DNA of 64,000 nt, from the NCBI GenBank assembly GCA_951406725.2, contig OX597835.1, forward strand, positions 5,828,001 through 5,892,000, given 5' to 3'. This document shows positions 26,838-41,143 of the stretch, in pieces. Origin of the DNA: Octopus vulgaris. Lineage: Eukaryota. The notes beneath the pieces were generated by a model that was not told where the DNA came from, did no database searches, and saw nothing but the letters and a program-made list of their open reading frames with translations. Made by a program: the position numbers and the translations under genes. Position 1 is the first letter of the stretch. Each line of letters starts with the position of its first letter.

Positions 26838-27240
26838 TCTCTTTACTTGTTTCAGTCATTTGACTACGGCCATGCTGGAGCACCGCCTCTAGTCGAGCAA
26901 ATTGACCCCAGGACTTATTCTTTGTAAGCCCAGTACTTATTCTATCGTTCTCTTTTGCCGAAACGCTAAGTGACGGGGATGTAAACACACCAGCATCGGT
27001 TGTCAAGCAATGCTAGGGGGACAAACACAGGCACACAAACACACACAAACATACATATATATATATACATATATACGACAGGCTTCTTTCAGTTTCCGTC
27101 TACCAAATCCACTCACAAGGCATTGGTCGGCCCGGGGCTATAGCAGAAGACACTTGCCCAAGATGCCACGCAGTGGGACTGAACCCGGAACCATGTGGTT
27201 GGTTAGCAAGCTACTTACCACACAGCCACTCCTGCGCCTA
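26838..27240 (-). mobile_element. Full-length SINE group C (CORE-like central segment)
   Basis: Minus: GGCGCAGGAGTGGCTGTGTGGTAAG..GGTTCAGTCCC..CTTGGGCAAGTGTCTT (CORE-like)..internal TA/TG microsatellite..GGTGCTCCAGCATGGCCG. Confidence 0.88.
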
Positions 27241-27429
27241 CATAATTTTTTTTTTGAACCGTGGGCCAGTTTAATGGATGATAGTTTTTGCACAGTTTAA
27301 TGGATGATAGTTTTTGAAATAACAAAACACAATAAAGTATATAATAAATGATTTATCATATATATAATACACACACGTACACTATAGATCAAAGCCTTCA
27401 CAATAAGGATGATGGTGATGATGATGATG

Positions 27430-27480
<51 letters not shown>

Positions 27481-28420
27481 GTTCATATATTTTACCCCAG
27501 TGTCACTTTGATGGCATGCACTGCTCTCTCACTCAATAATAATAATAATAATAATAGTAATAATAATAATAATAATCCGTAGATGGGATTCATAAACAGT
27601 ATAATGCATCGCTACACGCGTTTCCACAAATCACAAGTTTCTTACGATCATAGTCCGTATTCCTGCAATGATTACAGTACATTTCATAGTATCCGTGGGC
27701 ATTAAATAGATCATAGTTCATGTGTTCATTTCTCCAAGCGAGGAAAAATATGCATAAATACATATATATAAATTGTAAGAATATGCGATCTCCGTTTTAC
27801 AAACTACTCTCTATTCGTTGAGTTCTTTAATAATTGTGAACTTACAAGGTTACTTTACTGCCTGCATGTCTGTGCGTATGTACGTGTGCGTGTGCGGGCA
27901 CGCTCGTGCGTGTGCGTGCACGCTCGTGCGTGCGCATCATCAGTACATACATTAAAGCAAAGTTTTATATTTTCAATACGTTTCCTGTAAAAATGTAGTA
28001 ACAACGATAATATATGTCAATTTCCTTTCCATCTTTTCTTTCGGTTTCGCCTTGCCTCAAGCTTCTGACGAAGAACAAAAACGAGATTTTGTGGAATAAC
28101 AGAAGCACAAAATAAACACTGTTGCTACGTAGCATTTTCAACTATCTCAATAGACCGATGTATTTGCACACACACGACGTATGCATACGCACACACGCAC
28201 ACATACACACATATATATACATGCATGCACATAGGTGTTCATATACAAGGTTTATGCAGAGATATTCGTAGCTATGTGTGCGTCTGTGTGTATGTGTGTG
28301 TGTGCGAATAAGTGTGGCAATATATCTATCCAGGAAATTAATACACTTTATATTTTGTCACGTGGACTATATATAAAAGACATAAACACACATGCACACA
28401 TATATATATACATATATACA

Positions 28421-28458
<38 letters not shown>

Positions 28459-28584
28459 CACACACCGTCACCTACTTAGGCACACGTTCACCTACACATT
28501 TGCGTGCGTTCATGATACGCAATTCCTTAAATTGATTTTGCCGTGTTTGATTCCGAAACTAAAGTACATTTTCAGGTAATGAAA

Positions 28585-28805
<221 letters not shown>

Positions 28806-30194
28806 TGGAACATAGGGGGTCGGGGATTCGGGGATTGTTTTCAATTTTTTTTTTCCTTTCTTCTGCCAGGAAATGCTTTATCTTACCGAATACCCTACTG
28901 CTCAGCTACTTTCAGGCACTCTATAACACTGATGTTGCTATTTCAAGAAGTCTTTTACTTAACGAAAAATTACTGCGCAAACTAAAGCACCAACCCCATC
29001 GGAACACGACGTATTTTGACTATTAATCATGTCATTAAATATCAATTTTTTTTGTTGTTGTGTTCCTGTTATTTTTGTTTCTTTATTTGTTGCTTGTTAA
29101 TGTTCAGTGTATAAAAATGTCAAATAATAAAAACAAAACTCGGATGACACACATTCTGTTCTTGTTTGAAGTGTGTCGACATCTTTGCTGTGAAAGCACG
29201 ACAGACATTTTCTTTTCAAACGGAAAAAAAAAGTATTTTAAAGAAAGATGGAAAAGAAAATAAAATAGTGATGCATTGTCAATGAATTGAAGCTTGCCTC
29301 AGGTGTATAAACAAACAAAGAAATAATAAAAGAAATGGAATGAAAAAGCGTTGTGTATAACAGGAATGTATATCAAATAAAGAGAGTGAAGTTGAGACTC
29401 AACTGAAATTGCTGCGTACGTATTTATATCTTTTCTTTGAAGTACCTGCAAGCGCGATGCATCTCACGATATTGTACCAAGTATCTCTGACTCCCATTAG
29501 TTGATAGTTGCTTACTTTTATATTATTTCTCTGCCAATAACACCCATATAGCATGCTTTATTAAGGCACGGCAGTTTCCAAAATATAACACTTCAAAAGG
29601 GGTCCTTGTTCAGTACAATAATAGTGGACATCAAGGCCTGTGTTGAGCAATAACTGTAGGGGTGGATGGAATATGTATATAAATCTCATTTCTGGATCTT
29701 GTCCTCACGTCAGGAAATCTCTTAGGGAACTTACATTTTTGTTTTTCGTATTTATATAGAGAAGCAGAAAAGAATACTATCATTTAACATTAGCGAATAA
29801 GTATGAATGTTGCAAGTTTTATAAATGATATTTAATTTCTATATTCATAGAGAAATTTACAGATCTTCATTAAAGTGTTTTAAGTTTAAGATTTAATCAA
29901 ATGAAAATCAAACGAGATGAATCGACGAAGAATCGAAACCGGCTTGTAAGTTTGCGGTCTGCACTCTCCAAGCTATTGAAGCTATTGATGTCTTTTTCAA
30001 TGTTTTTTTTATTATTATTTTACAGACATGTTGACGCAAAATTTCTACTATTATCGTGTCAGTCAGTACAACTTCATTCGTATTGCAGGATGTCGGTGAC
30101 TAAACTAGCCCGTTTCATCAAGTTTACTGATTGAGGAAAGTGTATGGGCATCAAATGAGCAAGGATTTTTTGGGGAAGCGCCAATTAACCATAC

Positions 30195-30375
30195 CTGAAG
30201 AGTGGCCACCAAGTTATCTATCTACTGAAACACGGCATGATGTCGCAGCCATATTGCTCAAGTGTGAACTTTGATGATGACCGGTAAATATGGAACGGAA
30301 TACTGGGTTTTGTGTTGTGCTGCTACGTCCAACTTATCTGAGATGGTTGCATGTCTCAGTCCAGGGTTTGACTGG
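30195..30375 (-). other. Candidate non-coding exon (181 nt)
   Basis: Acceptor TTTTATTCTCTACCATTCAG| and donor CAG|GTATGG around unique sequence; stops in all three frames. Confidence 0.25.
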
Positions 30376-30459
30376 CTGAATGGTAGAGAATAAAATTGAT
30401 ATGGGACTACGCCCAAATTGGCTTCAAATATAATTGGTCAAATATAAATGGTCATCAAA

Positions 30460-30662
30460 TATTGGTTTCAATTTTTGGCACAAAGCCAGCAATTTCTGGT
30501 GGTGAAGTTAAGCCGGTTATATTGTACCCAGTACTTATTTCATCGACCCGAAAGGAGGAAAAGCAAAGTCGACCTCGACGGAATTTGAAATGAAAGCGTA
30601 AAGATGGACGAAATCCCGCTAAGTATTTTGTCCCGAGTGTTAACCATTCCTGCCCCACGGTC
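30460..30662 (-). mobile_element. Degenerate SINE group D
   Basis: GCAAAGTCGACCTCGACGGAATTTGAA core; GGCACAA.GCCAGCAATTT tail. Confidence 0.7.
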
Positions 30663-31360
30663 ATCAAATATTAGAGATTTATTTAATAACTTCTCTTTAT
30701 CCTAACAGACAAACGCCCATTCTACATAGTGTCTAGATCTGCCTAAAATAACAGTTATATGTCCCTCAAGTGAAATTTACCATCTAAAACATGAAGAAAA
30801 ATATCAAGCGATGTAATGTAGTACCTGATACACTGAAGTAATAAAAGACAAGTCGGTCATGGGTGGAACGCTCTAGTGTTCCTTGATCCCTGTGAGCCAG
30901 AGGCTAAACAAGAACTTATTTTTGTATCGCGTGACAAGTAAATGCACTGTGTTTGTGAGACAGGTATCTGCATTCCTTTCACCGAATTAGACATTTTAAA
31001 AATATATAGTAAAAAATTAAATCTGTTTTGAAATTAGTTTTTCATTTGTTGATAGTTTTATTTGTTTTTCGTTGCAGTTTTACTGTTTTACTTACTTACG
31101 AAAACAGTGACTATTGCATGCTACCCATGAAACAAATAAAAACAAATTATCTTATCAGCGCTGGTAACTTGTCTGGCAAATACAAAACAACATAAGTAAA
31201 ATAAGGATAAAACACACGGAAACGACAACCCTTGGTCGATTATACTAATTATAAATAATAAAAAAAATCTAACATTAAAGGAACCGAAATTAACAAGCTT
31301 TATAATCATTCCAGACAGTTGATAATAATTATAAACTCATACTAAAAACTAAACAGCCAC

Positions 31361-31690
31361 AAAATTATGCTAATAATATGTTAGCTTGAAATTTAAACGT
31401 AATTAAAATGTAAGAGAGTGTACAATAAACCGGAAGTGCAAGATATGATTTGTTATGGCGAGTTGTAGAGTAGAAGTTGATGCAAATTTCGGTATTTAAT
31501 TTGAACAGATTGAAAAGACTACAAAACATATTAGCTTCCATTGTTCGACAGAGTTCAGCCTTAAAACACATGAGTAATATGACTTCTTACACAATATATT
31601 TGAGCTTTCTTGCTTTTTTTCCTTTGGTTATTTGTTTAGTTTACGCTTGTTGTGTTTTATGCAAATCTAGGTCATTAATCAAACAATGAA
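31361..31690. promoter_or_regulatory. Putative enhancer-like motif cluster (POU/SOX/ETS)
   Basis: ATGCTAAT 31367, ACCGGAAGTG 31429, ATGCAAAT 31480 and 31659, CATTGTT 31539, AACAATG 31682 in non-repetitive DNA. Confidence 0.3.
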
Positions 31691-31757
31691 GCGTTAGGCA
31701 GGTTTAGCTGCCAAGTTTAGTCTGCTTCGTTTCAGCAAAAGAAATGGAGACACTATA

Positions 31758-31822
<65 letters not shown>

Positions 31823-31857
31823 AAGAGAGAGAGAGAGAGAGAGAGAAACAGAAAGAA

Positions 31858-31934
<77 letters not shown>

Positions 31935-31987
31935 CAGATAGATACATGTATGTATATATATAGATAGATAGATAGATAGATAGATAT

Positions 31988-32051
<64 letters not shown>

Positions 32052-32055
32052 ACAG

Positions 32056-32102
<47 letters not shown>

Positions 32103-32108
32103 CATACA

Positions 32109-32412
32109 GTGGAGACGCAATGGCCCAGTGGTTAGGGCAGTCACTCGTGGTCATAGGAACGCGGTTTCGATTCCCAGACCGGGCATTGTGAGTGTTTATT
32201 GAGGGAAAAACACCTAAAGTGGAGGGTGCGAAACCTGCTGTAGTCTGTCACCACAACTTTCTCTCATTCTTTCTTTCCTGTCTCTCTCGCACCTGTATTT
32301 CAAAGGGACAGCCTTGTCACACAGCCATGTCACGCTGAATCTCCTCCGAGAACTGCGTTAAGGGTACGCGTGTCTGTTAAGTTCTCAGCCACTTGCACGT
32401 TAATTTCACGAA
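32109..32412 (+). mobile_element. SINE group A, tail type T3
   Basis: A head plus CCTGTATTTCAAAGGG..GTCACGCTGAATCTC..CAGCCACTTGCACGTTAATTTCACG. Confidence 0.85.
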
Positions 32413-32828
32413 GCGATTTGCTCAACTAATATATAGTCAAATATATATATATGTTTTGACACATACGCATGTAGGTACCAACACAGACACATGTATACAT
32501 AAATATATATATATGTATATATGCATGTGTGTGTGTGTTGGTGCCCACATGTGTACGTGTCAAAAGATTTGAAATAAAATATGACTGTACAAACATCATT
32601 CATATGAAGCTAATTCGCCATTATGTCTTACACAAAAGGAATTAGCAGTGAATAAAGTTACATTTTTGCGACTATTCAAACATTTGCCAAACAAGAAAGA
32701 GAGAGAAAAAGAAGAAAAAAATGTATTATCGGAAATTAAAAAAACAAACTAATTTTACAATAATAATGTCACTGTTTACATGTGGTTGTGTTTGTGTTTT
32801 TCTTTTACTCGCGATTTTACCTCTCAGG

Positions 32829-33712
<884 letters not shown>

Positions 33713-34055
33713 GGTTTCAAAATATCTTGTCTTTACAAAACAATTACCATAGCTGAAGGCACTTTCGTATTTTTTTTAGTTTCCGCAACCGTTTTGCTAT
33801 TTTTGATTTTCTCTTGCGTGTAAATATTTGCATTTTAATTTTAAGTTTTCTCAAATATGTTTAGTTGACTAATTCTGGGTATACTGTGTGTGTGTGTATG
33901 CGCGTGTGTGTGTGTGTGTGCCTGCATGCGTGTATGTGTGTGCTAGCGTGCGTGTGTGTACGTGTGCGAGTGTTGGTGGCGTTGCTTTTTTTTTAACGAA
34001 TGTTAAATGTGGTATTACTCCGCTTTACCTAGATGCCAAGTAGAGATGAAAATAC

Positions 34056-34251
34056 CTTTCTTTCCTAATTAAAGTGAACCATATCTTTCTCTGCGCCTCT
34101 GCAGAATAGAATTGTCAGAAAAGAACCGAAATACCATTCTCAAACGAACGTCGCCAGCCTCATTAAAAGAACCTGCCTCCTGTTTGAACTGAAAGCTAGA
34201 GATAGCAACTAATTTTCCCTCATGAACCCGATGCCATTTTGAATCAGGTGT
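34056..34251 (-). CDS. Candidate stop-containing exon, unknown product
   Basis: Strong acceptor TTTATTTCTTTCACAG|; phase-0 frame TPDSKWHRVHEGKLVAISSFQFKQEAGSFNEAGDVRLRMVFRFFSDNSILQRRRERYGSL*; donor AAG|GTATTT 13 nt after the stop. Confidence 0.35.
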
Positions 34252-34403
34252 CTGTGAAAGAAATAAACTGTAAAGTCGAGACATGACCGTCTCGACATTT
34301 TACAGTTAATTTTTATAACGCCTTCCTTTGATCGTCGGTACAAACTCTCTTTCTTCTATATATCTTCATATATGTGCATTCGCCATATACATACATACAT
34401 ACA

Positions 34404-34484
<81 letters not shown>

Positions 34485-34487
<3 letters not shown>

Positions 34488-34668
34488 GGAGTAAACACAT
34501 AAATGTGAAACAAGATGGAAAAAAGAGTACTCAAATACCAGTGGTAGAGTAATATGCTTTATTTAAAGCAGCAGAAAATTCAACAAAACCTGTTACTCTG
34601 AGTTTCCCATTGCCGTTCATCGGGAAACTCAGAGTAACAGGTTTTGTTGAATTTTCTGCAGCTTTACA
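34485..34668. mobile_element. Penelope-like remnant collapsed into a 45-bp hairpin
   Basis: Arms 34564-34608 and 34622-34666 (1 mismatch), 13-nt loop. Minus strand CCGATGA-ACG GCAA TGG-GAAAC TCAGA GTA is hammerhead-like; flanked by (TA)n. Confidence 0.65.
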
Positions 34669-35339
34669 TATATATATATATATATATCCACACATATAAA
34701 GATGCACATCCATACATACAAACATGGTACATAGTTGCATAACACACACACACACATAGGCATGCACACACAAGGAGACAGAGGTGCATACATATACAGA
34801 CACGTGCTCACACACACATACATAGAAAATACACAATCACGGACATGCAAGCACATTAATATGCAGGATACGTACATACAGATGTACACACACACATATA
34901 TACATACGTACATGCATGTATAGGCACACACACACATGCGCACAAACAAAGAAAAGGGAACGCAGTGTAAATAACGAACAGAGTCAAAACTATTGAAAAG
35001 GTTGCAAGATGCAACGAAAATTTTAGGACAATAAAAATAAGAAAAAAGTGGAAATTTTACCGGTGAGTGTGTTACATAATAAAGGCACAAAAAGAAAATG
35101 ACTCTCCCCAGACACAGCGTCTAGATTTATATTGAGACGTCGACAATCCAATTACCACCATCGAAAATAACCTTTTATTTCTAAGAATTCATGGCACATG
35201 TTGAGAGCGGCTTGGCTTCTGTTTCTAGCATGTCTCATAGATATTTACTGATTGACACTTGGATGTCTGTGTGAATAGGCAACACTGACTATAAAAGATA
35301 TATTACATACACTGATTATTTATAATAACCAAACTATCG

Positions 35340-35592
35340 GATGTTCATATACACCGCTGGTCACAATGCGCTTTGTATCGCTTTAGCTTTCTAACGATGC
35401 CGCCACGTTGGCTAGGCGAGCGGATCAACATCTTTCCCTCCTCCACTCTGATCGGAAGGTTACTCTGTCGCGAGGTTACCTATTTATAGCTGACTGCTCA
35501 AGAACACAACGCGCCGCTGTGTCCCGAAAATGGATCCCACGATCTAGCGATTGTGAGTGTTATGCCCTAACCACTTGCCCATGCGCCTTCAC
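35340..35592 (-). mobile_element. Degenerate SINE group B head with T2 tail
   Basis: GTGAAGGCGCATGG head; tail CGCTCGCCTAGCCA..AAAGCGCATTGTGACCAGCG as in A copies 20971 and 59409. Confidence 0.65.
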
Positions 35593-35621
35593 ATATATTA
35601 TATACATAATACACAAATTAT

Positions 35622-36008
35622 GCGTAGGAGTGGCTGTGTGGTAAGGGGCTTGCTTACCAAACAAATTGCTCCGAGTTCATTCCCACTGCGTGGAACCTTG
35701 GGCAAGTGTCTTCTACTACAACCGCGAGCCGACCAAAGCCTTGTGAGTGGATTTGGTAGACGGAAACTGAAAGAAGCCTGTCGTAAATATGTATATATAT
35801 GTATGTGTGTATGTTTGTCCCAACATCGCTTGACAACCAATGGTGGTGTGCTTACGTCCCCGTAACTTGGCGGTTCGGCAAAAGAGCCCGATAAAATAAG
35901 TCCTAGGCTTCCAAAAATAAGTCCTGGGGTTGAATTGCTCGACTAAAGGCAGTGCTCCAGCATGGCCGCAGCCAAATCACTGAAACAAGTAAAAGAGAGC
36001 AAAGAGAG
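35622..36008 (+). mobile_element. Full-length SINE group C
   Basis: Collinear with 26838-27240 and 49127-49531. Confidence 0.88.
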
Positions 36009-36329
36009 TATATATTATATATCCTTCGCAGTTATATATTATTTAACTTGATATATGAAATCAGGGGAACATATCCTGCCATGGGTTATAACTAGTCAAC
36101 TGTGAGATGCAAGATTTCAACAACCCATTAATCTATTAATCCTCTTAGTAATTAATCATAAGGAGCTTATGCAGTCACACTCACACGCATGTACGGATAT
36201 ATATATATATATATGTGTGTATGTATACATGTATATGTGCTTGTGTAATTGTATGTATATGTGTAAATGTATACAGCTTGACTGTATCCGTATGTAGATA
36301 CATAAGATGTACATCACTGTAATATATCG

Positions 36330-36530
36330 TCGGTGTCCATTGGTGATTAAGTGAAAAACCTATTTGTTTTGGTGAGGAACATATTTGTTTTGTTGTGATG
36401 GACATCTGCAAAGCTTTCAGCAGAGTCCGGAAAATAAGGATGCGTTGCTCTTCCCTTGAGTTCCTTCAGTTTTTCGATTTTGATATTGCTGACTCTTTGT
36501 CACGTGGCACAACCGTAATGTCTGCGTCGT
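36330..36530 (+). mobile_element. Non-LTR reverse transcriptase fragment (CR1/Jockey-like)
   Basis: FGEEHICFVVMDICKAFSRV resembles the RT motif LDxxKAFDxV. Confidence 0.5.
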
Positions 36531-36642
36531 CTCACTCTCTCTCTCTCTATCTTTCTCTCTCTCCCTCTCTCTCTCTCACTGATTCTCTATATCTTTCTGC
36601 TTCTCCTCCACTCTCTCTCTGTTTCTTTCTTCTTCTTCTTCT

Positions 36643-36686
<44 letters not shown>

Positions 36687-37024
36687 GCCCCTCCCCTCAT
36701 CAAGCCCCCTAGAACCCTCACACCTCATACAAATTACTCCAGCATCCTTCCATAACGTCTTGCAAGTCTTTGATTATTCAACATCACCATAACGATCATT
36801 CCGCAAACCGAGGATCCACCATTTCCCGTTCCATACGTGGAAAACAAGTAACTAGATCTGCCAAGGGCGCCAAAAACAATTGACCTCACCATCTGTGGGG
36901 ATCTTTTCTAATGAATGGACAGACTTAAACAGAGTCCCAGGAGAGAGAGAGGGTGAGGGAGAGAAAGAGAGAAGAGAATGAAGAATAGTTAAAAGAAGAG
37001 AGAAAGAAAGAAAGAGAGAAAGAG

Positions 37025-37068
<44 letters not shown>

Positions 37069-37180
37069 GAATAAAGAGAGGGGAAAGTGAAGAGTGAGCG
37101 TGTATCTTCGAATTGGCCGAGTGACATCTCACAAACGGAACAAACATCCGGTTCATCAAGCAATGCTATCCACCTATTTG

Positions 37181-37660
<480 letters not shown>

Positions 37661-38130
37661 CGTGTGTGTGTTTTGGTATGTTCGTGTGTGTATGTACGTG
37701 CATGTATTTGTGTCTTTTGTATGTGTATGTTTCTATCTGTAAGGTTATGTATGCCTTTGTGATTCTGCATCTCTTTATAATCTAAGTAATTCGTGCTCCG
37801 TAACGAATCTTAAAGGTTAATGTTTTTATATGTACACAGTGTTTCCGTATGTGTAGATAATGTGTATGAGTATATATGTGTATATGTATGTATCCGTACA
37901 CATTGCCACATGTATGAGTATATCTATATGTATGCACAGTAGTGTAGGCCTACGCATGGATTTTATGCATCTCTATCTAAGCAGGTATGAAAGTGGCGTT
38001 CTGTTTTATGTCCACCTACAGCATTAGAAAATGGTGCGATTACAAAGAAAATTTTGAGTTCTCTGAACATGCAAAAGGCGTATACATGTAGCAAGATAAA
38101 TTGACAAAGGATTCTCAAAGTAAATTATAA

Positions 38131-38721
<591 letters not shown>

Positions 38722-38777
38722 TGTTATTTGTACATACATATATGTGTAATTTCTACATGGATATATGTATATATATG

Positions 38778-38810
<33 letters not shown>

Positions 38811-39425
38811 ATGTACTTAAACACGCACACTCACAAACACGCCCACACACACGCACACATCGGTAATGTTATTATCTCTAGCCAATCAAACGTATAAAAA
38901 TAAATCATACCTCAAGTCCATTAATTAGACAACATAATTACCTCCATTACGTAAAATAACAATATGTCTATGTGTTTGTCTGTCTGTCTGTCTGTCTGTT
39001 TGTCTGCCCTACTTTGACCTTCACCTTCATAGGTGTAATCGCCCCGCAAATCAACCCTCACATCTTTCACACCAAATTGTGTGTGAGAGGAAAGAAGGGA
39101 ATCTAAGATGAATTGATACAACAAGCTTTTTATTATACTATCCGTCCACTCAACGCATGGTTTTTAATTTATTTTTCCTCCGTTCATTGGCAGAATAGTT
39201 TAGCTTTCCTGTTTGTGACACAAAGGTTACCGTAATTGTTGCTTAGCTTCGTAGTGACCCTGGTCAACCAGATCTCCAGCCTAGACCATCCATTCTGATG
39301 CTCAGACATAGTATACAAGTGAAAATAGTAATCAATGTATTCTCTTCGAAAACACAACACAGGGAAGTTTCTCTACTATAACTAGCATATCAAACCTCGA
39401 TACAGAGGCTTCCTCATAGATAGGG

Positions 39426-39747
39426 GTACTCCGTCGGTGACGACGACGAGGGTCCCAGCTAATACGATCAACGGAACAGCCTGCTCGTGAAATTAACGCG
39501 CAAGTGGCTGAGCAATCCACAGACACGTGTACCCTTAACGTAGTTCTCGGGGAGATTCAGCGTGACACAAAGTGTGACAAGGCCGGCCCTTTGAAATACA
39601 GGTACAACTCATTTTTGCCAGCTGAGTTGACTGGAGCAACGGGAAATAAAGTGTCTTGCTCAAGGACACAACGCGTCGCCGGAAATCGAATTCACGACCT
39701 TGCAATCGTGAGCCGAATGCCCTAACCACTAAGCCACGCGGCTTCAC
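39426..39747 (-). mobile_element. SINE group B with tail T3
   Basis: Minus: GTGAAGCCGCGTGGCTTAGTGGTTAGGGC..GTGTCCTTGAGCAAGACACTTTATTTC..GTACCTGTATTTCAAAGGGCCGGCCTTGTCAC. Confidence 0.88.
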
Positions 39748-39927
39748 CGACATGGATAACAATTAAATGATCAAAGTAAAATACGTAGGAAAGGTTCAAA
39801 AGCTAGTTAAGGTTAAGTACTCTATACAACACACATGTAAAGGTCTGTGGTCCCTTTGCTCGGCAACTCTATCCGTGCGTATCGATATATATGCATTTTT
39901 CGTCAGTGTAGCTCATACACGATTATA

Positions 39928-40304
39928 ATGGCCCAGTGGTTAGGGCAGCGGACTCGCGGTCGTAGGATCGCGGTTTCGATTCCCAGACCGGGCGTTGTGA
40001 GTGTTTATTGAGCGAAAACACCTAAAAGCTCCACGCGGCTCCGGCAGGGGATGGTGGTGATCCCTGCTGTACTCTTTCACCACAACTTTCTCTCACTCTT
40101 ACTTCCTGTTTCTGTTGTACCTGTATTTCAAAGGACCGGCCTTGTCACTCTCTGTGTCACGCTGAATATCCCCGAGAACTACGTTAAGGGTACACGTGTC
40201 TGTGGAGTGCTCAGCCACTTACACGTTAATTTCACGAGCAGGCTGTTCCGTTGATCGGATCAACCGGAACCCTCGTCGTCGGAACCGACGGAGTGCTTCC
40301 ACAC
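39928..40304 (+). mobile_element. Young SINE group A with tail T3 and 11-bp TSD
   Basis: TSD ACACGATTATA at 39917-39927 and 40305-40315. Confidence 0.9.
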
Positions 40305-40612
40305 ACACGATTATAGCCAGACAGACACACAGACGTAAAGTTATTTCAAGCAACAGAGATAATTATGCGTTCACCTTTTTCCTTCATTTACTTCCCTCAT
40401 CACTCTACGAAATAATCACATACCAGTTATACCACTGGAGCTACTGCAGATGAGCACTTTGGAATCTTAGTTTTAACTGTAGATAACCAGCGATTCTGAT
40501 ATGATAAGAACCTTACATGGCGTCTGATGCTGCACAGAAGGCAACCATAGCACGGTAAGTTAGGCCGTCTTATTCTGTCAGAAGTCAAGTTTGAAATCAT
40601 ATTTATAGATTA

Positions 40613-40915
40613 CAACCAGTATCGCCCGGCGTTGCTCGGGTTTGTAAGGGAAATAACTATATAAGCATTTTTAGAGAGTTACTTCCCTTATATAATAGCG
40701 AAAAAATGCATTCAAAATGGGAAAAAATGATGGTAATTTTGTTTTTAAATCGAAGCCTCATCGTAGACGCGTGCTAATACCCAGAAGGGTTCGATATGAA
40801 TCACGACTATAAGATACCCGCTTTTGGTTAAACTGCACCGCAAAATGTGGGAGTAGTTAGGAATCTAAATCGTAGGAGACAGACACTCACACAGCTTCAC
40901 TTTTATATATAAAGA
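40613..40915 (-). mobile_element. Non-autonomous Helitron
   Basis: Minus: A|TCTTTATATATAAAAG 5' end; subterminal hairpin CCCGAGCAACGCCGGG; 3' end GTTG|T (mutated CTAG); AT target, no TSD. Confidence 0.8.
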
Positions 40916-40934
40916 TTTACTGACGACTGACTAA

Positions 40935-41143
40935 ATATTGATTTGAAATTTTGACACTAGGCCAGCAATTTTCGGGTTGGGGTTAAGTCAACGACATCGA
41001 CCTTAGTGTTCATCTGGTATTTATATTATCGGCCCCGGAACGACGGAAGCCAAAGTCGAATTTGAACTCAGTATGTAGTCATGTACGAACTGCCGTGGAG
41101 TATTTTGCCCGGCATGCTAACGACTCTCCCAGCTCGCTGCCTT
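40935..41143 (-). mobile_element. Degenerate SINE group D
   Basis: TTTGCCCGGCATGCTAACGACTCTCCCAGCTCGCTGCCTT head; AATTTGAACTCAG B-box. Confidence 0.75.

Noticed and set aside
28051-28106. CTGACGA within a hairpin as a hammerhead
   Set aside because: No GAAA box or UH cleavage site in register.
30195-30238. CTGAAGA..GAAAC as a hammerhead
   Set aside because: No stem I and no U16.1.
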